Assembly: GCF_006345805.1 (NCBI RefSeq)
Contig: NC_042999.1
Coordinates: 91,264,001 to 91,328,000 of the forward strand
From: Octopus sinensis
Taxonomy: Eukaryota
Length of the DNA stretch: 64,000 nucleotides
Direction of reading: 5' to 3'
A model generated the notes under the pieces. The model searched no databases, had not been told where the DNA came from, and saw nothing but the letters and a program-made list of their open reading frames with translations. Positions within the stretch are counted from its first letter, which is position 1, and every line of letters begins with the position of its first letter. Below, one piece after another: positions 40,411 to 53,490 of this stretch. The translations under genes were made by a program, and so were the position numbers.

Positions 40411-40811
40411 TTTTTTGGAAAGAAATTCCTGTCACATTTTTGATATGATCGCGTTGAGGGTACTTTTTCAATACTTGCGGTAGAATAAACGTTTATTTCT
40501 ACATTCGAGTGCTTCATTCCTTTTTAAATTACGTTATATGCATGGTGGTTAAATTCGTATCGATTTTATCCTTTTAAAACGAGTTTAGATAAAACTTCTA
40601 TCAGACACTGCATGTAGTACGGATTTAAAAGGGACTCTTAAGCAACAGAAGCGGCAAGAAATATTCGTTCTCTCTATGGAAATGCAGTTTTAAGTGCCCG
40701 GACATGCCAAAAGTGGCTTGTGAAGTTTCTCTCAGAATATTTTTCTCTCGTTGATTCCTCTTGATCTGGACAAGTTCCAGCTCTGATCGTGGAAGATAAA
40801 AGTAATACACT

Positions 40812-40869
<58 letters not shown>

Positions 40870-40871
40870 TA

Positions 40872-41599
40872 TCTTTATATATATAAAACTGAGAATGTGT
40901 GTCAGTCTGTCTGTGTGTTTCCCTAAAACTTGAGAACTACACAACCAATTTCATTCAAATTTTACACATGCCTTACTTAGGTTCCGGGGAGTGTCATCGG
41001 CAAAAAAAATGTTCAACTTCTTGCCTAGAGCGAGCCCATAGTAATATCATATCTTCTCCACTATTTCAGTATTACGTGTTAAAAGTGAAACAAAAACATT
41101 TCTCTATTTTATGTCAGATGCTTTCATTTTAACAATAAAAATAATAATAACAATTGAATTATATGTAGTAAGTAATAATTAAAATCAAGCTAAAGTATAA
41201 TATAATCGTAACATACAAAAGTGAAAATAGCAATTGCTATAAAATTGCATCAATGATTTGTACTTGAATAAGTGGTTTCACATGAATGGGAATAAATTAA
41301 AAATAAAATTAGCGTGCAGAAATGAAATAGTCCAGATGGATAATAAAAAATTAAATTAAAGAAAAGACTATTGTCTATAAAGTATTACAATGTAGAGAAA
41401 AAAGAAGAGCTTACAATTCCAGTCTGTTATATATTTTGAGTATTGTTATCACTAGCGATATCAAGATATAACTTTGTATTTTGCATTTTATGTGTAGGTA
41501 GATGTATAATTAAATTTACATGTAATATGTACACATATATATACACATATATACATGCACTAGCACTATGACCCGGCAACGATGGGTCTTCAATGCTAG
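40872..41599 (+). mobile_element. Non-autonomous Helitron (728 bp)
   Basis: Starts a|TCtttatatatataaaa; ends gacccggcaacgatgggtc (hairpin) ttcaatgCTAG|t; flanked by (TA)n. Confidence 0.85.
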
Positions 41600-41656
<57 letters not shown>

Positions 41657-41753
41657 ATACATACATACATACATACATACATACATACATACATACACAT
41701 ACATACATACATACATATATGTATGTATATATTTATAAGTATATGTATGAAGG

Positions 41754-42145
41754 TGGAGGCGCAATGGCCCAGTGGTTAGGGCAGCGGACTCGCGGTCATA
41801 GGATCGCGGTTTCGATTCCCAGACCGGGCGTTGTGAGTGTTTATTGAGCGAAAACACCTAAAGCTCCACGAGGCTCCGGCAGGGGATGGTGGTGATCCCT
41901 GCTGTACTCTTTCACCACAACTTTCTCTCACTCTCACTCTTACTTCCTGTTTCTGTTGTACCTGTATTTCAAAGGCCCGGCCTTGTCACTCTCTGTGTCA
42001 CGCTGAATATCCCCGAGAACTACGTTAAGGGTACACGTGTCTGTGGAGTGCTCAGCCACTTACACGTTAATTTCACGAGCAAGCTGTTCCGTTGATTCGG
42101 ATCAACCGGAACCCTCGTCGTCGTAACCGACGGAGTGCTTCCAAA
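41754..42145 (+). mobile_element. tRNA-derived SINE family D with 13-bp TSD
   Basis: A box tggcccagtgg, B box ggtttcgattcc. TSD atatgtatgaagg at 41741-41753 and 42146-42158. Confidence 0.92.
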
Positions 42146-42152
42146 ATATGTA

Positions 42153-42232
42153 TGAAGGCGCGTGGTTTAGTGGTTAGGATATTAAGTCCACGATCATAAG
42201 ATCGTGAGTTCGATTCTCGGCGGCGAGAACTT
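42153..42232 (+). mobile_element. SINE head only, related to 38387
   Basis: gatcataagatcgtgagttcgattctcggcggcgag is identical to the 38387 copy. Confidence 0.8.
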
Positions 42233-42329
42233 TGTTCGTATATCAGATTGATTATATTAGTCAAGCCTGTCTCGTTTCAATTTAATCTTCAATATCACAC
42301 CAACCTACCAATAACACAGCAATGTATTT

Positions 42330-42700
42330 CATTGGTCGTGCAGAATCAAAATATGTAATCCCATTTGACAGCAGAATAAATATCAAGGTAGCTCAGAAAA
42401 GGAAAAAATATCGGGACCAAGCCAGAGAGATGAAGGAATTGTGGAAAACGAACGTGAAAATTGTTCCTGTGGTGAAAGATGCATCGAGCACAACGCCCAA
42501 ACTTTTTTCTAACAGGCTGAAATGCGCTGTAATTGAATCACATATTGTCGACCCGCACAAACAAAAAACTCTATCCTCTATTCTCCAAGAGGCCTAGGAA
42601 GGCTTTTGAGATTTGAGGAGGTGTATTATCATTCAAACCTGAAGATAAGTTCCGTGCAACTTAAATTTACATGTAATAATTTCTGTAGTATAATGATAAT
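42330..42700 (+). mobile_element. R4/Dong-type LINE 3' fragment
   Basis: VIPFDSRINIKVAQKRKKYRDQAREMKELWKTNVKIVPVV; followed by a degenerate taataatgataataat tail. Confidence 0.75.
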
Positions 42701-43114
42701 AATGGTTTCTTATTTATTATGACACCACCCAAAACAAAAATCCGTTTGGTTTGTATTTGAAACCAACCTGACTTTTGATTTGTGGGAATGGAAAAAAAGT
42801 TTTGTGCACTATTCTTACTGCACAAAATTTAATTGTATATCAAATTTTGTTGTAACAAATGCTTACGAGATAAAATTGCTCTAAATGTTTGAAGCAGTAA
42901 TATTAATAGAAAGCCTCAAGAAAAAAAATAGTGAGGAAAACAAGGATTACCATCACTTTGGAATTCGAAGAGTATCTTTCTACGTGGATTTATACCCGCG
43001 AGCATACACACACACACGCACGCACACATACAGATGCTTGAATATACATGCATATATACATTTACATACATACATATATATGTATAAATATGTATATGCA
43101 TATTTATAAATATG

Positions 43115-43165
<51 letters not shown>

Positions 43166-43168
<3 letters not shown>

Positions 43169-43271
43169 GATGCTGTTGAAATTCCAATGAAGGAGCCTTG
43201 GATCTAGGTTAGAAACCGGCTCTTTCTCTATTGGCAAGAAATACTGAAATAAAACTAAATAATGACATACA
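43166..43271 (+). mobile_element. 3' UTR of (CATA)n-associated RLE LINE
   Basis: aaggagccttggatctaggttagaaacc..gcaagaaat..aataatgacatacata; same sequence as the 3' UTR at 57789-57875 (minus). Confidence 0.8.
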
Positions 43272-43273
43272 TA

Positions 43274-44555
43274 TCAGGTCATCCATAAGTAATGTCCAAA
43301 TTCTGTGTAAGGAAAAAACTAATCTAATTTTACTTTTTATTAAAGTTTAATCTGTATATATTTCCCATCATTGTCGATGGCTTCCTTCCATCTATTCATG
43401 GTTTTTTAAAAAGTTCATTGGAGAAAATCTCTTGCTTTTATTGAGAAGGATGAGAGGTCAGTTTCAATTTATTCGGGGATTTTGAGTAGTAATCCAGCTA
43501 AATGACTCAGTAAGCTTCGAAACAAATGGTAATCAGAAGGAAAGAGGTTCGGGGAATAAAGCAAGGAAAGGGGTTTTTATCCCAGCCAAGTTCTTCGATT
43601 TTTTCTGTTGTAATCTATGCAGTGTGGTGCATTGCATTATCATGATGAAACACCACACCCTTACGATTGGCCGCAGCAGGCCTTTTCCCCCAAAGCAGCA
43701 TCCAAACACTTCAATTATTGGTAATAGGCGTGAGCAGTAATTGTTGCATTAGTTGGCAGCAGCTCAAAGTGGATGACTTCAATGCAATCCTTCGAAACAG
43801 AAAGAAGAAACTTTTTTACATAGAGGTCTTTTGGGGTTGTGGTTTAACCTGTTTTCCACAACTAAGCCATTGCCTGCATCGCTTAGCATTTTAATAAAAA
43901 ATCCATTTTTCATCAAGAGTAACTAATCTGCCCAAAAATGGTGAGATACGTTCACAAAAGTAATGAGATGAGCAGATGTCTACTCGTAATTTTCGGTTGG
44001 CTTATGTCAAATCATGGGTAACCCATTTTCCAAGTTTAGGCATCTTTCCAAGCTGTTGAAGATGACAGTGAACTGTTGAATGGCTTGAATTGAGCTTGCT
44101 TGCCAATTCTTCAGCTGACACAACATTAGCCTTCTCAAGCTCTGACAAAAAGAAGCTCATCATCAAATTCAACAAGGCGTCCTATTCGTGGCCTCTCCCT
44201 TAGACTGAAATCACCATTTTTGAAATTTAGAAACCATGTTCTGCAACTTCTTTCGTTCAGCACTATTCCCCATAAATAACATGAATATTTCGGCTTGCAT
44301 CTGCTGCACTGTTTCCCTTTCTGAACGCATGAAGCATTATGTGCCTTAAATGCTCCTTCGATACATCTATCTTTGAGGGGTTTATGTTAGTAATTAATTC
44401 AGTCAGATTATTCTGTAAAAAGAAATTATATTACGTTAAAGGTTTCCAAATCCATATGAGTATCAATCAATACCATTTGACATTTTAGAATACAGAAAAA
44501 ATTTGACAGAAATTACATATGTGATATTTCGAACATTATTTACGGAATGACCTGA
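43274..44555 (-). mobile_element. Full-length-sized (1282 bp) decayed mariner transposon
   Basis: TIRs tcaggtcatccataagtaatgtcc / gaacattatttacggaatgacctga. Remnants HLRHIMLHAFRKGNSAA, GKWVTHDLT, LVTLDEKWIFY, VVFHHDNA. Confidence 0.9.
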
Positions 44556-44789
44556 CACACACACATACATACATACAACATACATACATACATACATACA
44601 TACATACATACATACATACATACATACATACAAACTGACACACATACATACACACATACATACATACATACATACATACATACAAACTGACACACATACA
44701 TACACACACACATACATACATACATACATACATACATACATACATACATACATACATACATACATACATACATACATACATACATACAT
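44556..44789. repeat. (CATA)n microsatellite
   Basis: Direct reading. Confidence 0.95.
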
Positions 44790-44890
44790 GAGAATAATGT
44801 ACAGCCATATATGTTAGCTATCCTGCAGATGTGAAGGATTCTCCTCATGCCAATGAGAAGGAACTGCTTCGAATTCTGCAGCATATTTAA
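44790..44890 (+). mobile_element. Short RLE fragment of the (CATA)n-associated LINE
   Basis: VSYPADVKDSPHANEKELLRILQHI resembles VEIRCPL..LEKEDIYRTLIRNLQI at 63232-63540. Confidence 0.5.
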
Positions 44891-45161
44891 ATTGATTCAC
44901 ATTTATGTTAAAAATTATCGGTGCATTTGGTTGTGTTCTTAAATGTTTAAGCTAAGGTTTTTAGGCGACGAAAGAGAGGGGCTAACATGCACACTACAAA
45001 AACAATCTGTTAGCGGAGCACTAAAGATAGGCAAGACTTCATTTTATTTAAATTTGAACGTTTAACTTTTATTATCGTTGTCATTCATATTCATATCTGT
45101 TTCTTACTTACAAATGAGCTTTCCTTATGGGGAGAATTCTTATAAATAACAAATAATATAT

Positions 45162-45550
45162 AGGCGCAGGAGTGGCTGTGTGGTAATTAGCTTGCTTACC
45201 AACCACATGGTTCCGGGTTCAGTCCCACTGCGTGGCATCTTGGGCAAGTGTCTTCTACTATAGCCTCGGGTCGACCAAAGCCTTGTGAGTGGATTTGGTA
45301 GACGGAAACTGAAAGAAGCCCGTCATGTATATGTATATATATATATATGTGTGTGTGTATATTTGTGTGTCTGTGTTTGTCCTGCTGGTGTGTTTACGTC
45401 ACCGTCACTTAACGGTTCGGCAAAAGAGACCGATAGAATAGGTACTGGGCTTACAAAGAATAAGTCCCTGGGTCGATTTGCTCGACTAAAGGCGGTGCTC
45501 CAGCATGGCCGCAGTCAAATGACTGAAACAAGTAAAAGTGTAAAAGAGTA
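45162..45550 (+). mobile_element. SINE family B, full length
   Basis: aggcgcaggagtggctgtgtgg..ggttcagtccc..internal (TA)(TG)..gactgaaacaagtaaaag. Confidence 0.92.
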
Positions 45551-46634
45551 GAGAGATATATGTATATGTCTTTTTCCGTTCATGCACACATATATACATG
45601 TACGGTAAATGCATGCATTTATTTGCATTGCATGCAAAGACTATATAAACACAATGGACTGACATGTGAATAGATTCAAGGGTGGCGGTGCAAAGTAACA
45701 ATAATCTTTGTCCAAATAAATTGACTGCTGTAATGATTAGAAACTGAAGAGTTGCATATCATTAAGTAAGGAAGTTTACATTCAAAACACGTATGAAATA
45801 GCGTTATTGTTGTTGTTATGTAGCACCACATCTGTTCTGAACAAGCAGAATTATGATTAAAGGCTTTGTAGCTGAAGCGACCATATAATCTTTTATTCAA
45901 ACACACTTTATGTAGGTGTACGTTCCCCAAATGTCCCTGTTTCTAAGATTTGACTGCTAATACATCAGATCGGGCGACCACGTTGATAATTTATTCTAAT
46001 GATTGTATTCTACTGCATTTTCTAAAAAAGAAAAGTTATTTCTATTAAGAATACTGTTAGTGAACGACCATAATCTGTTCGTAAGATTACTCTGCTTAAT
46101 TTTCCAAGTATATTCTTTAATGACATGTCACTTCAACTTGTCAGAAATGTAAATAAGTAGGGGCTGGATTGAACTTCACAAACAAGTTAGATGAATATTA
46201 ACACAACGTTATTGGTGTTGATCAGCTGGTGCTAGTTCATGTTCTTAACCTTACAAGATGATTTATGTAGATTACGAATTTTACGTTTCATGAATACTAA
46301 TGAATGTATTATTGTATTTCTAAATTCGTGTTCGCCATTATCACGTTTCCAGATTCCATCCACTCCAGAATCCCGGCTTAGACCTCTAAGTAAATTGTTA
46401 TTAAGTAAGGAACAATATGTGTATGTTTGTGCTTATGTAAGAGTGAGAGTGTGTTTAATTGTATTTTCTGCAGTTTAGAATACGTTTTGTTATCATGAGT
46501 CGCTTCGGAATATTGGGGCTTTACTAATCATTGTGACGAAATCAAATAATATTATTGATGATGATGATGATGATGATGATAATAATGATAATAATAATAA
46601 TGATGATGATGTTGATGATGATTTCTTTTATTTG

Positions 46635-49375
46635 CCACCAGGGTCTCCCCGAGCACGTAGTCGCACTTCTCCGCTATTAATCCTCTGTAAATATCTAAAG
46701 TGGAACATCCACCTATCCTGTTGTCCGACTTATAGAGGACAGTGAGCGCCTGAAGTCATTCTAAGTGCCAGGCACCCAGTCTCGGCCTATCCTTTACCCA
46801 AGATTGCAGCTCCGTCAAGGAGACGAGCTGCGGAAATGCATGCCTCATAAACGAAGCCCACACACATTCACCTTCTACAAATCGCTGCAGGTGACGCAAC
46901 CTGAGCTCGTGTCAGCACATTAAAATCCATTGAATGCCTAAGCCGCCACGAAAAGGAAGTTGGCAGCAGACTGACCGCCTGACTATTGGAATGCGCCCTT
47001 TCCACAAGAAAATAAACAGGATACGCTCCAATCTAATCAAGCAGTAACTGAGGCAAAGCACAACAGTCAGACGATAAATAATGCCTGAGGCAATGTAGGC
47101 ATTCGCCACCTCTGCCCGACCTTTCGGGGACAACTTCCTCTCTGCCCATTTCTAGGTAAGAGAGGTCACCCTGTTCGTCACCTCTTCCCAATTCTTATCC
47201 ACCTAGAGGTCGGGACCAAACTAGATCCCGAGTAGAATCACTGGTCTGTCAGTCTAGCGTCCGACGACGCCGTCCGAGAGCATTGATCTACCTCTACAGG
47301 TGCCCAGTCATATTTTTTAACTGTTTCAACTTCCGCAGGAGTGGCTAGAGAGCCAGCACACACAGAAGGGGTGACAGTGGGCAGCCCTGACGGACCATAC
47401 GTGCGATACTAAACGGTTCCGCTAAGTGACCATTTACTTTGACCATCGAGCAGGTGCCGCTGTGCATTGCAGTAATCCAGCCTCTTAAAACGGGTCCGAA
47501 CTGGGCCGCTTTAAGCACGGCTTCCAAGTAGAGATGGCCTGCCCTTTTGACTGATCTAAATTTATCAGGACCCCGCCGAAGCCACCTTTAGTTCCAGCCC
47601 TCTCTACGATGTATCGCATAAGGTGGAGGTTGTCATAGATAGACCTGCTCGGGATTGCGCATATTTGTGCCTCCCCGACCAGACTACCAACAACGAGCGC
47701 CAACCTTTTCGCTAACATCCTGGCCAAAATCTTAAATTCTGTGTTTAGCAGAGGTATGGGCCTAAATTTCCCTAGCACATCCCCATTGTCGGTTTCCTTT
47801 CTCAGCAGTGTTACTACACCCCGGCTAACAACACTAAGAATTCTCCCGTTCTTACTGTAGACATCTGCCAAGAAGCTTCCAAGCAAATCTGGCATGGAAA
47901 CCGGGCGATTTGCGACTTGTGCAATCGCTCATCGCCCCCTGTATTTCAGAGCCTGTAATCAGCTTTTCGCAGAACCTCACGTCCGTCATCGAGAACCATG
48001 GTAGGCCATCTAGGTACGAAGTAAAGCTCGCTACCGTCATCGACCCATCACCTTCCCCAAACAGCCGCGCAAAGTGCTGCTGGAAAGCGGCATACATATC
48101 TGCTCAGAACCGAGTAGCACACACCCGTCCTGATCTGTCAAAGACTTGATCGCGATTTTGTTTCCACGTCGCGTCTCTACTGTTCAGGCCCATCGGACAG
48201 CTTTAGTTCCTTCGTGTTTTAGCGCACGAGCCTTAGCTCTGGCAACTCACTCTTCGTGTTTTGCTTCAAAGAAGTGGTCAAGGGCCATTCTTGCCGCTAA
48301 CACGTCGATCGCGATGCCTTTACTAATAGCCTCTTCTAGTTTACTAACTAGTTCTCCCTCTAATCTATTTCTTTCTATTGTTAACTCTTGGCTAAACGCT
48401 ATCGATTCTACTCTAATCGCTCACTTCAGAGCGATTCACCACCGGTTGTTGACGATAGCTCCCGTCAACTGCCGCTTAACTAGTTCGCTAGTCCGGTCTC
48501 GGTAGTATTTGCGAGCCGGTAAGGATACATTCAACTTCCAGTAACCGGTACCCTGTCTGCGGGTCCTATCTAAATTGACTGAGCATATCACAATTTGTGA
48601 TCTGTGTAGCCGAGTAATTTAAATTGTAGACAACCTATGCTTTCCCTATCCTCTGACCTAACAAATATTCTATCCAAATACGATCTGAATGACCCGCTGT
48701 GGTTGCTCCATGTCCACACTGGTACATCAGAGAAATCCATTCGGTACCTGTCAGAAGACTTAAGTCCTGAGCAGGTTTTCGAGGCTTTTACACCCCATTC
48801 TACTATGTACTAAACCTACACAGTCCTTCCGTGCGTGCGTCCAAAATACTATTCCAGTCCACCACTACTACTAAAGTGCGAGACGTTCCCAAGAATGTTT
48901 CTAGACGCCTGAAGATATATGGCCTTCCAGCCCCTGTTGCGGCATAAACCACCACTATTTTAAGGGTGCCACCTTCAGTGATGCTCACGTCCAGGACCAC
49001 CAGCCTGCCATCGTCTAGATCCACGAAGATAGTCCGTACTTGGAGATCTAAGGATTTCCAGAGTAGCACTGCTACACCGCCACCCGCTCCCAATAGACCA
49101 CAAGATGAGAATAATTCGTAGTTTTCGAAAATGGCTGCTAGAGTTTGTTTTCTGGAGATCCTTGTTTCACTAATGGTAGTCACTTCCAAATCAAGTGACC
49201 TGAGATCATTGAGCAAGCGAACTTGCTTCGAGGCGGATCCCAAGCTACGAACTTTCACACTCCTTGTTCTCAGCACAGCCATGCTAGTCGAAGAAAGAAA
49301 ACGAGGGGGTTACTCACCTTGGTTTTCGAGAAGCCTGGAACTTTCGGGCTTCTCTACTGGCGAAAAGTTTATAAA
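46635..49375 (-). mobile_element. Tx1/L1-clade LINE: end of ORF1 plus ORF2 endonuclease and RT, decayed and 3'-truncated
   Basis: EN: VRSLGSASK..ISETRI..GGGVAVL..DGRLVVLDV..VVVYA..DWNSILD. RT: FRPIPLLNTEFKILARMLAKRL, VRQGCPLSPLL. C-terminus: LWKGRIPIVRRSVCCQ..GGLG. Confidence 0.92.
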
Positions 49376-50415
49376 GGATTGAAAGGTACTGTTGATATTG
49401 GCGTGAATGGAACTCAGAACATAAAAATTCAGAACAAGCACTGCAAAGATTCAGCCAATCTTAAAACTAATAATCAATATTAGTATTTGATTATATTTTT
49501 ATAGACCACAGTATAATGAAAATAAGAGTTACTCCAAATCTTGAGTCTCCAGACAGAAATTCTCTTCCCCCAGCAATTTAAAAAATGCAGTTTGTCTAAC
49601 GTTGATGCATGTTATTACTCTTGTTATTGCTTTTGTTGTTGGTTAACCCTAATTCAGCCCTATTTCATCAATTCTGACGCAAAGTATTCCAGCTTTGATT
49701 ATTCCCACTCTTTTTCATTCTCCATTTTACCCTTTATCTCTTTTTTTTATCATTGTATTGCGTAAGAAGAACGCGGTTTAGGAAGTAGGGCTACTGTTCT
49801 AATTATGATTAGCATCACACATATCTTCTTTTTCCACATTCTTCAACGCCGTAACCACCGTTCCCTCTAATTTTTCTCAACCACTAATTAGAATTTTTGA
49901 TGTATTGATCAAAAGTATTCTAAATTCAAAGTTAGTGCGTGGCATTTAAACTTCCATGCAACGCACATTTGTAAATTAGGATAAGCAGCAACATTTTCAT
50001 GTGCGCAACAGCAGTTTGATTGCATATCTGTTCAGAGGCGCAGCTTAGTGGATACGTTAGTTGTAATCTAAATTTTGAGTACTTACCATATATTCAAATT
50101 TTTAAACCTTATAGTGGATTCTAGGTGTATCAAAGTCCCATATAAAATATTCGTTAAACGATTTGAATGCTCTACATTCTACGCCCTGGCCTGTTAGAAT
50201 ATAGTAATCCTTTAAGGTCATTGCTATATTAGTTTCCACGACTTTATGATATGATATCAGTCTCGCTTCACAGTCGCGTAAAATGCAATTTCTCGACACG
50301 CCTTTCAGCACATTTTGTCATTATGAAATTCAAGATTTTCTGGTCTTGCTTTTTACAGCATCTGATAAAGTGTATCAAATTCTTTTCATTATTCTTTGAA
50401 AGTTAACATTAGTCT

Positions 50416-50616
50416 TTTATATTATGTACACTGTTTACATTAGTTGGACTGGTGTCCTCATCTTCATTGCTGTTTTAAATACCTTTCCGCAGTTGTACGC
50501 TTTAACCTTCTTCAGGTGTCATGTGATTCGTCTTAGTGCCTTGGTGAAATGTAGTGAAAGTAACCACCAAGATGAGGACACAGTCCGACTAATGTAATTA
50601 GTGTACATAGTATAAA
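50416..50616. repeat. ~48-bp inverted repeat with 104-bp spacer
   Basis: tttatattatgtacactgtttacattagttggactggtgtcctcatctt / aagatgaggacacagtccgactaatgtaattagtgtacatagtataaa. Confidence 0.88.
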
Positions 50617-51039
50617 TTCTTCATCTCACAAACATAGAATTTATTAGTCTTTCAGGTGGCAGATACCTTTCATAACCGAGTTTATACTGAATTAGCGAAA
50701 CACGTGAATATTTCACAGAATTAATACTAAATTTATGGAATTATTCCTGAAACTTTTATCCAAAAAGCCTGAAAGCGTCGCCTGCGTTGTGTCTGTATCA
50801 AAAGTGAAGGAAATTAGAATACGATGATTACTTAATGCACTCTAATAAATGTTCACTCATATTTTTCCATTTTACTCATAAACAGAAAATATTACATTTT
50901 ATAACTTACATGGTCACAACTTCATATCTAGGAAACAGAAATTTTATAGTAAAAAAAATCATCTTATATGTAAAATATAGAAGTAAGATTTTCACGAGGG
51001 TAAAAATTTAATGCAACATGGCATACTCTGAAAGCCACA

Positions 51040-51932
51040 TCATAACTTATAAGCCAAGGCAATGCGTCAAAGTCAATACACATATCAATTTGCGTACACC
51101 TTTCAATCCAATACTTCTTTGCAGACTATGTTCTTCGTGTAAGTTCTCCTTCTTATTTTCCCTTGTTTGTCAGTGTTGATAATTTTAATTCTCACATCAG
51201 ATAATTTGCAAGCCTTTGAGAATGACAGATATAGCTGACCATGGCCGAATACACGTTTAGGCAAGAACAGTCTCACTTTATCAAATGTCTGCCCTTGTGA
51301 TTTATTGATAGTCATTGTATATGACAGGCGAGCGAGAAACTGGTTTCTTTCTAAAGTTGAATGGTAAGTTTGGGATGATCATGCGTTAAGTGATAAACGA
51401 TATAAAAAACTTAGTTTAATTTTTTAAAAATACCATCGCCACCTCCGCCACTACAACCACCTCTCTCTCTCCCTCCCTCCCTCCCTCTCTCTCTCTCTCT
51501 CTCTGCCTTTCTTTAATCTCACCATCAGAACATCACCCCTCTGCTAAAATTATATTCCCGACACTCCTCTATATCACTACCTTCAACTAACTTTTTTAAA
51601 TACGTAATAAATATTACGTCCCCCCTACCACATATCATGCACGCTTCTCTCTCCGTCTTTACTCTCTCCCTCTTTTTCTCTCTCTCTTTCTGCCTACTCT
51701 TCGCCTTATTTTCTTTTCCTCTCTCCTTTTTCGTTCTCTTGTTCTCTCTTTCTCTTCAACTAATCACGTGAAAGCGTTACAATTACGTTCCTATCTACCT
51801 CACGTCATAGACGCTTCTCTCTTCCTCTTTTTTTTCTCTCTCTCTCTTTTCTTTCTCCCTCCTTTGCTCTAATCCCGTGAAATTGTTACCGACGGACTAA
51901 GTAACGTGATGACAAGCAGAATTATTATAAGA
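51040..51932 (-). mobile_element. Helitron deletion derivative with PIF1-family helicase C-terminal remnant
   Basis: KRNQFLARLSYTMTINKSQGQTFDKVRLFLPKRVFGHGQLYLSFS..TKNIVCKEVL (51103-51370). Candidate 5' end a|TCttataataat at 51932. 3' end not found. Confidence 0.75.
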
Positions 51933-52171
51933 TGCTTGATTTTTAAGAGCTCGGTATCTCTCTTTAAATCTTATTTTTGCTGCCAACTCTTAGGCTTTCT
52001 TTTTTATCTCTCAAGCTGTCCATAAAAAGGGATAATTTCATCCAATCTCTAATTTCTCTCCGAACCGTGCCTTAATCCCATTCCTATCTAGATTGGCAGC
52101 AGGCGCAATACATTGCAGATATTACATATTTGAATAATGTGAAGTGAAATTTCTTTTGCCATTAACTAAAC

Positions 52172-52304
52172 CAGGCATGGGCAACTTTTCCGAGAAACTA
52201 GCCGCATGAGACGTAGTTCATCATCATGTGATCTGTACTATTAAACATATTCAAGATAATTTTTCGTCCAGAGAGTCCTGCGAGCCATAGTTTGCCCATG
52301 GCAG
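52172..52304. mobile_element. hAT-type MITE (133 bp)
   Basis: TIR caggcatgggcaact / agtttgcccatggcag. 8-bp TSD aactaaac at 52164-52171 and 52305-52312. Confidence 0.9.
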
Positions 52305-52599
52305 AACTAAACGTTACTTGATAATTATTAGATTCATTCCTCCACATTTTCCCAATTCATAAAAACAAATTAGGTTGGATCGTAGATAAAACTCTGTATT
52401 GTTTAAGAATATTACGATGTACAACAATAGAATTAGTAGATACCGAAAAGTTACATAATGTCATGATATTCATAGAACATCTATTCGGCTCATTCAGCTT
52501 TTGTCAACATAGCGATACCTACATTCTTCGTAATACCAGTCACCCAAAATTCGTGACCTTACGTTGAAATCCTTATTATTAGGAGGACATTGAAATTCG

Positions 52600-52800
52600 T
52601 AGAAAATGCATACACACACATACACACGCACACACACGCATACATACGTGCATACATATATACATACGTACGTACATACACACGCACATACACACATACA
52701 TACACACATATATACACACATACATACATACAATCATACATACATACATACATACATACATACATACATACATACTACATACATACATACATACACACAT
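52600..52800. repeat. (CA)n/(CATA)n microsatellite
   Basis: Direct reading. Confidence 0.9.
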
Positions 52801-53214
52801 GTACGGTAGTTTCAGGTTTTGAGGGGTGAGGAACCGCTTGGCCACTCTTGTCCTCTGATCTACACTGACTCGAAGTAATTGCGTCTGTTAGGATCCCAGC
52901 TGTAGGTTAATTAGGAGAGAACCTCTAGTTCTCTTTGGAATACCCTTCTAAGAGAAGATAAACCCGTATAATAGAAAAAAACTGAAGTGCAGTTAGTTTT
53001 TCGTCGTTTCAACCTTTGTTGTGTCTGCTCTGAAAAGTGGGTTCAATGCTAAGAATTTTATGAACTCTCAGAAGGTTTGCACAGAGTATGGATTGCTATG
53101 TTTAAGTGGTCTTAGTCACGAGTTCAGTTCAACTATATGTGTGCTGGGGTCGAGACAGTTGCATTGATCAATAAAGATTCTGGTGCCTTCCATTTTCCGT
53201 CTCTCTCATTAGTC

Positions 53215-53251
<37 letters not shown>

Positions 53252-53252
<1 letters not shown>

Positions 53253-53490
53253 TAAAAATAAGGAAGACAGGTTTATGGAATTACCCTGGGTTTCCCCGTC
53301 TATAAAGCGGGCGTATCGTCAGACCCCAAAACCTGTTGCACTAAGACCTCATTGCGGCAAAATACCCACCCCTAAAAGGAAGAAGTCTTAGGCCAACAGG
53401 TCTTGTGGGCTGACAATACACCATAAAGCTAAACCCTTTATGGACGGGAAACCCATGGTAATTCTATAAACCGGCCTTCCCCATTTTTAA
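53252..53490. mobile_element. MITE with ~58-bp TIRs and TA TSD
   Basis: ttaaaaataaggaagacaggtttatggaattaccctgggtttccccgtctataaag vs ctttatggacgggaaacccatggtaattctataaaccggccttccccatttttaa; TA at 53250-51 and 53491-92. Confidence 0.85.

Noticed and set aside
49284-49317. GTGAGT..polypyrimidine..TAG mini-intron before the Tx1 ORF2 ATG
   Set aside because: Only 34 nt, and removal would not fuse ORF1 and ORF2 in frame; better explained as the ORF1 stop plus spacer
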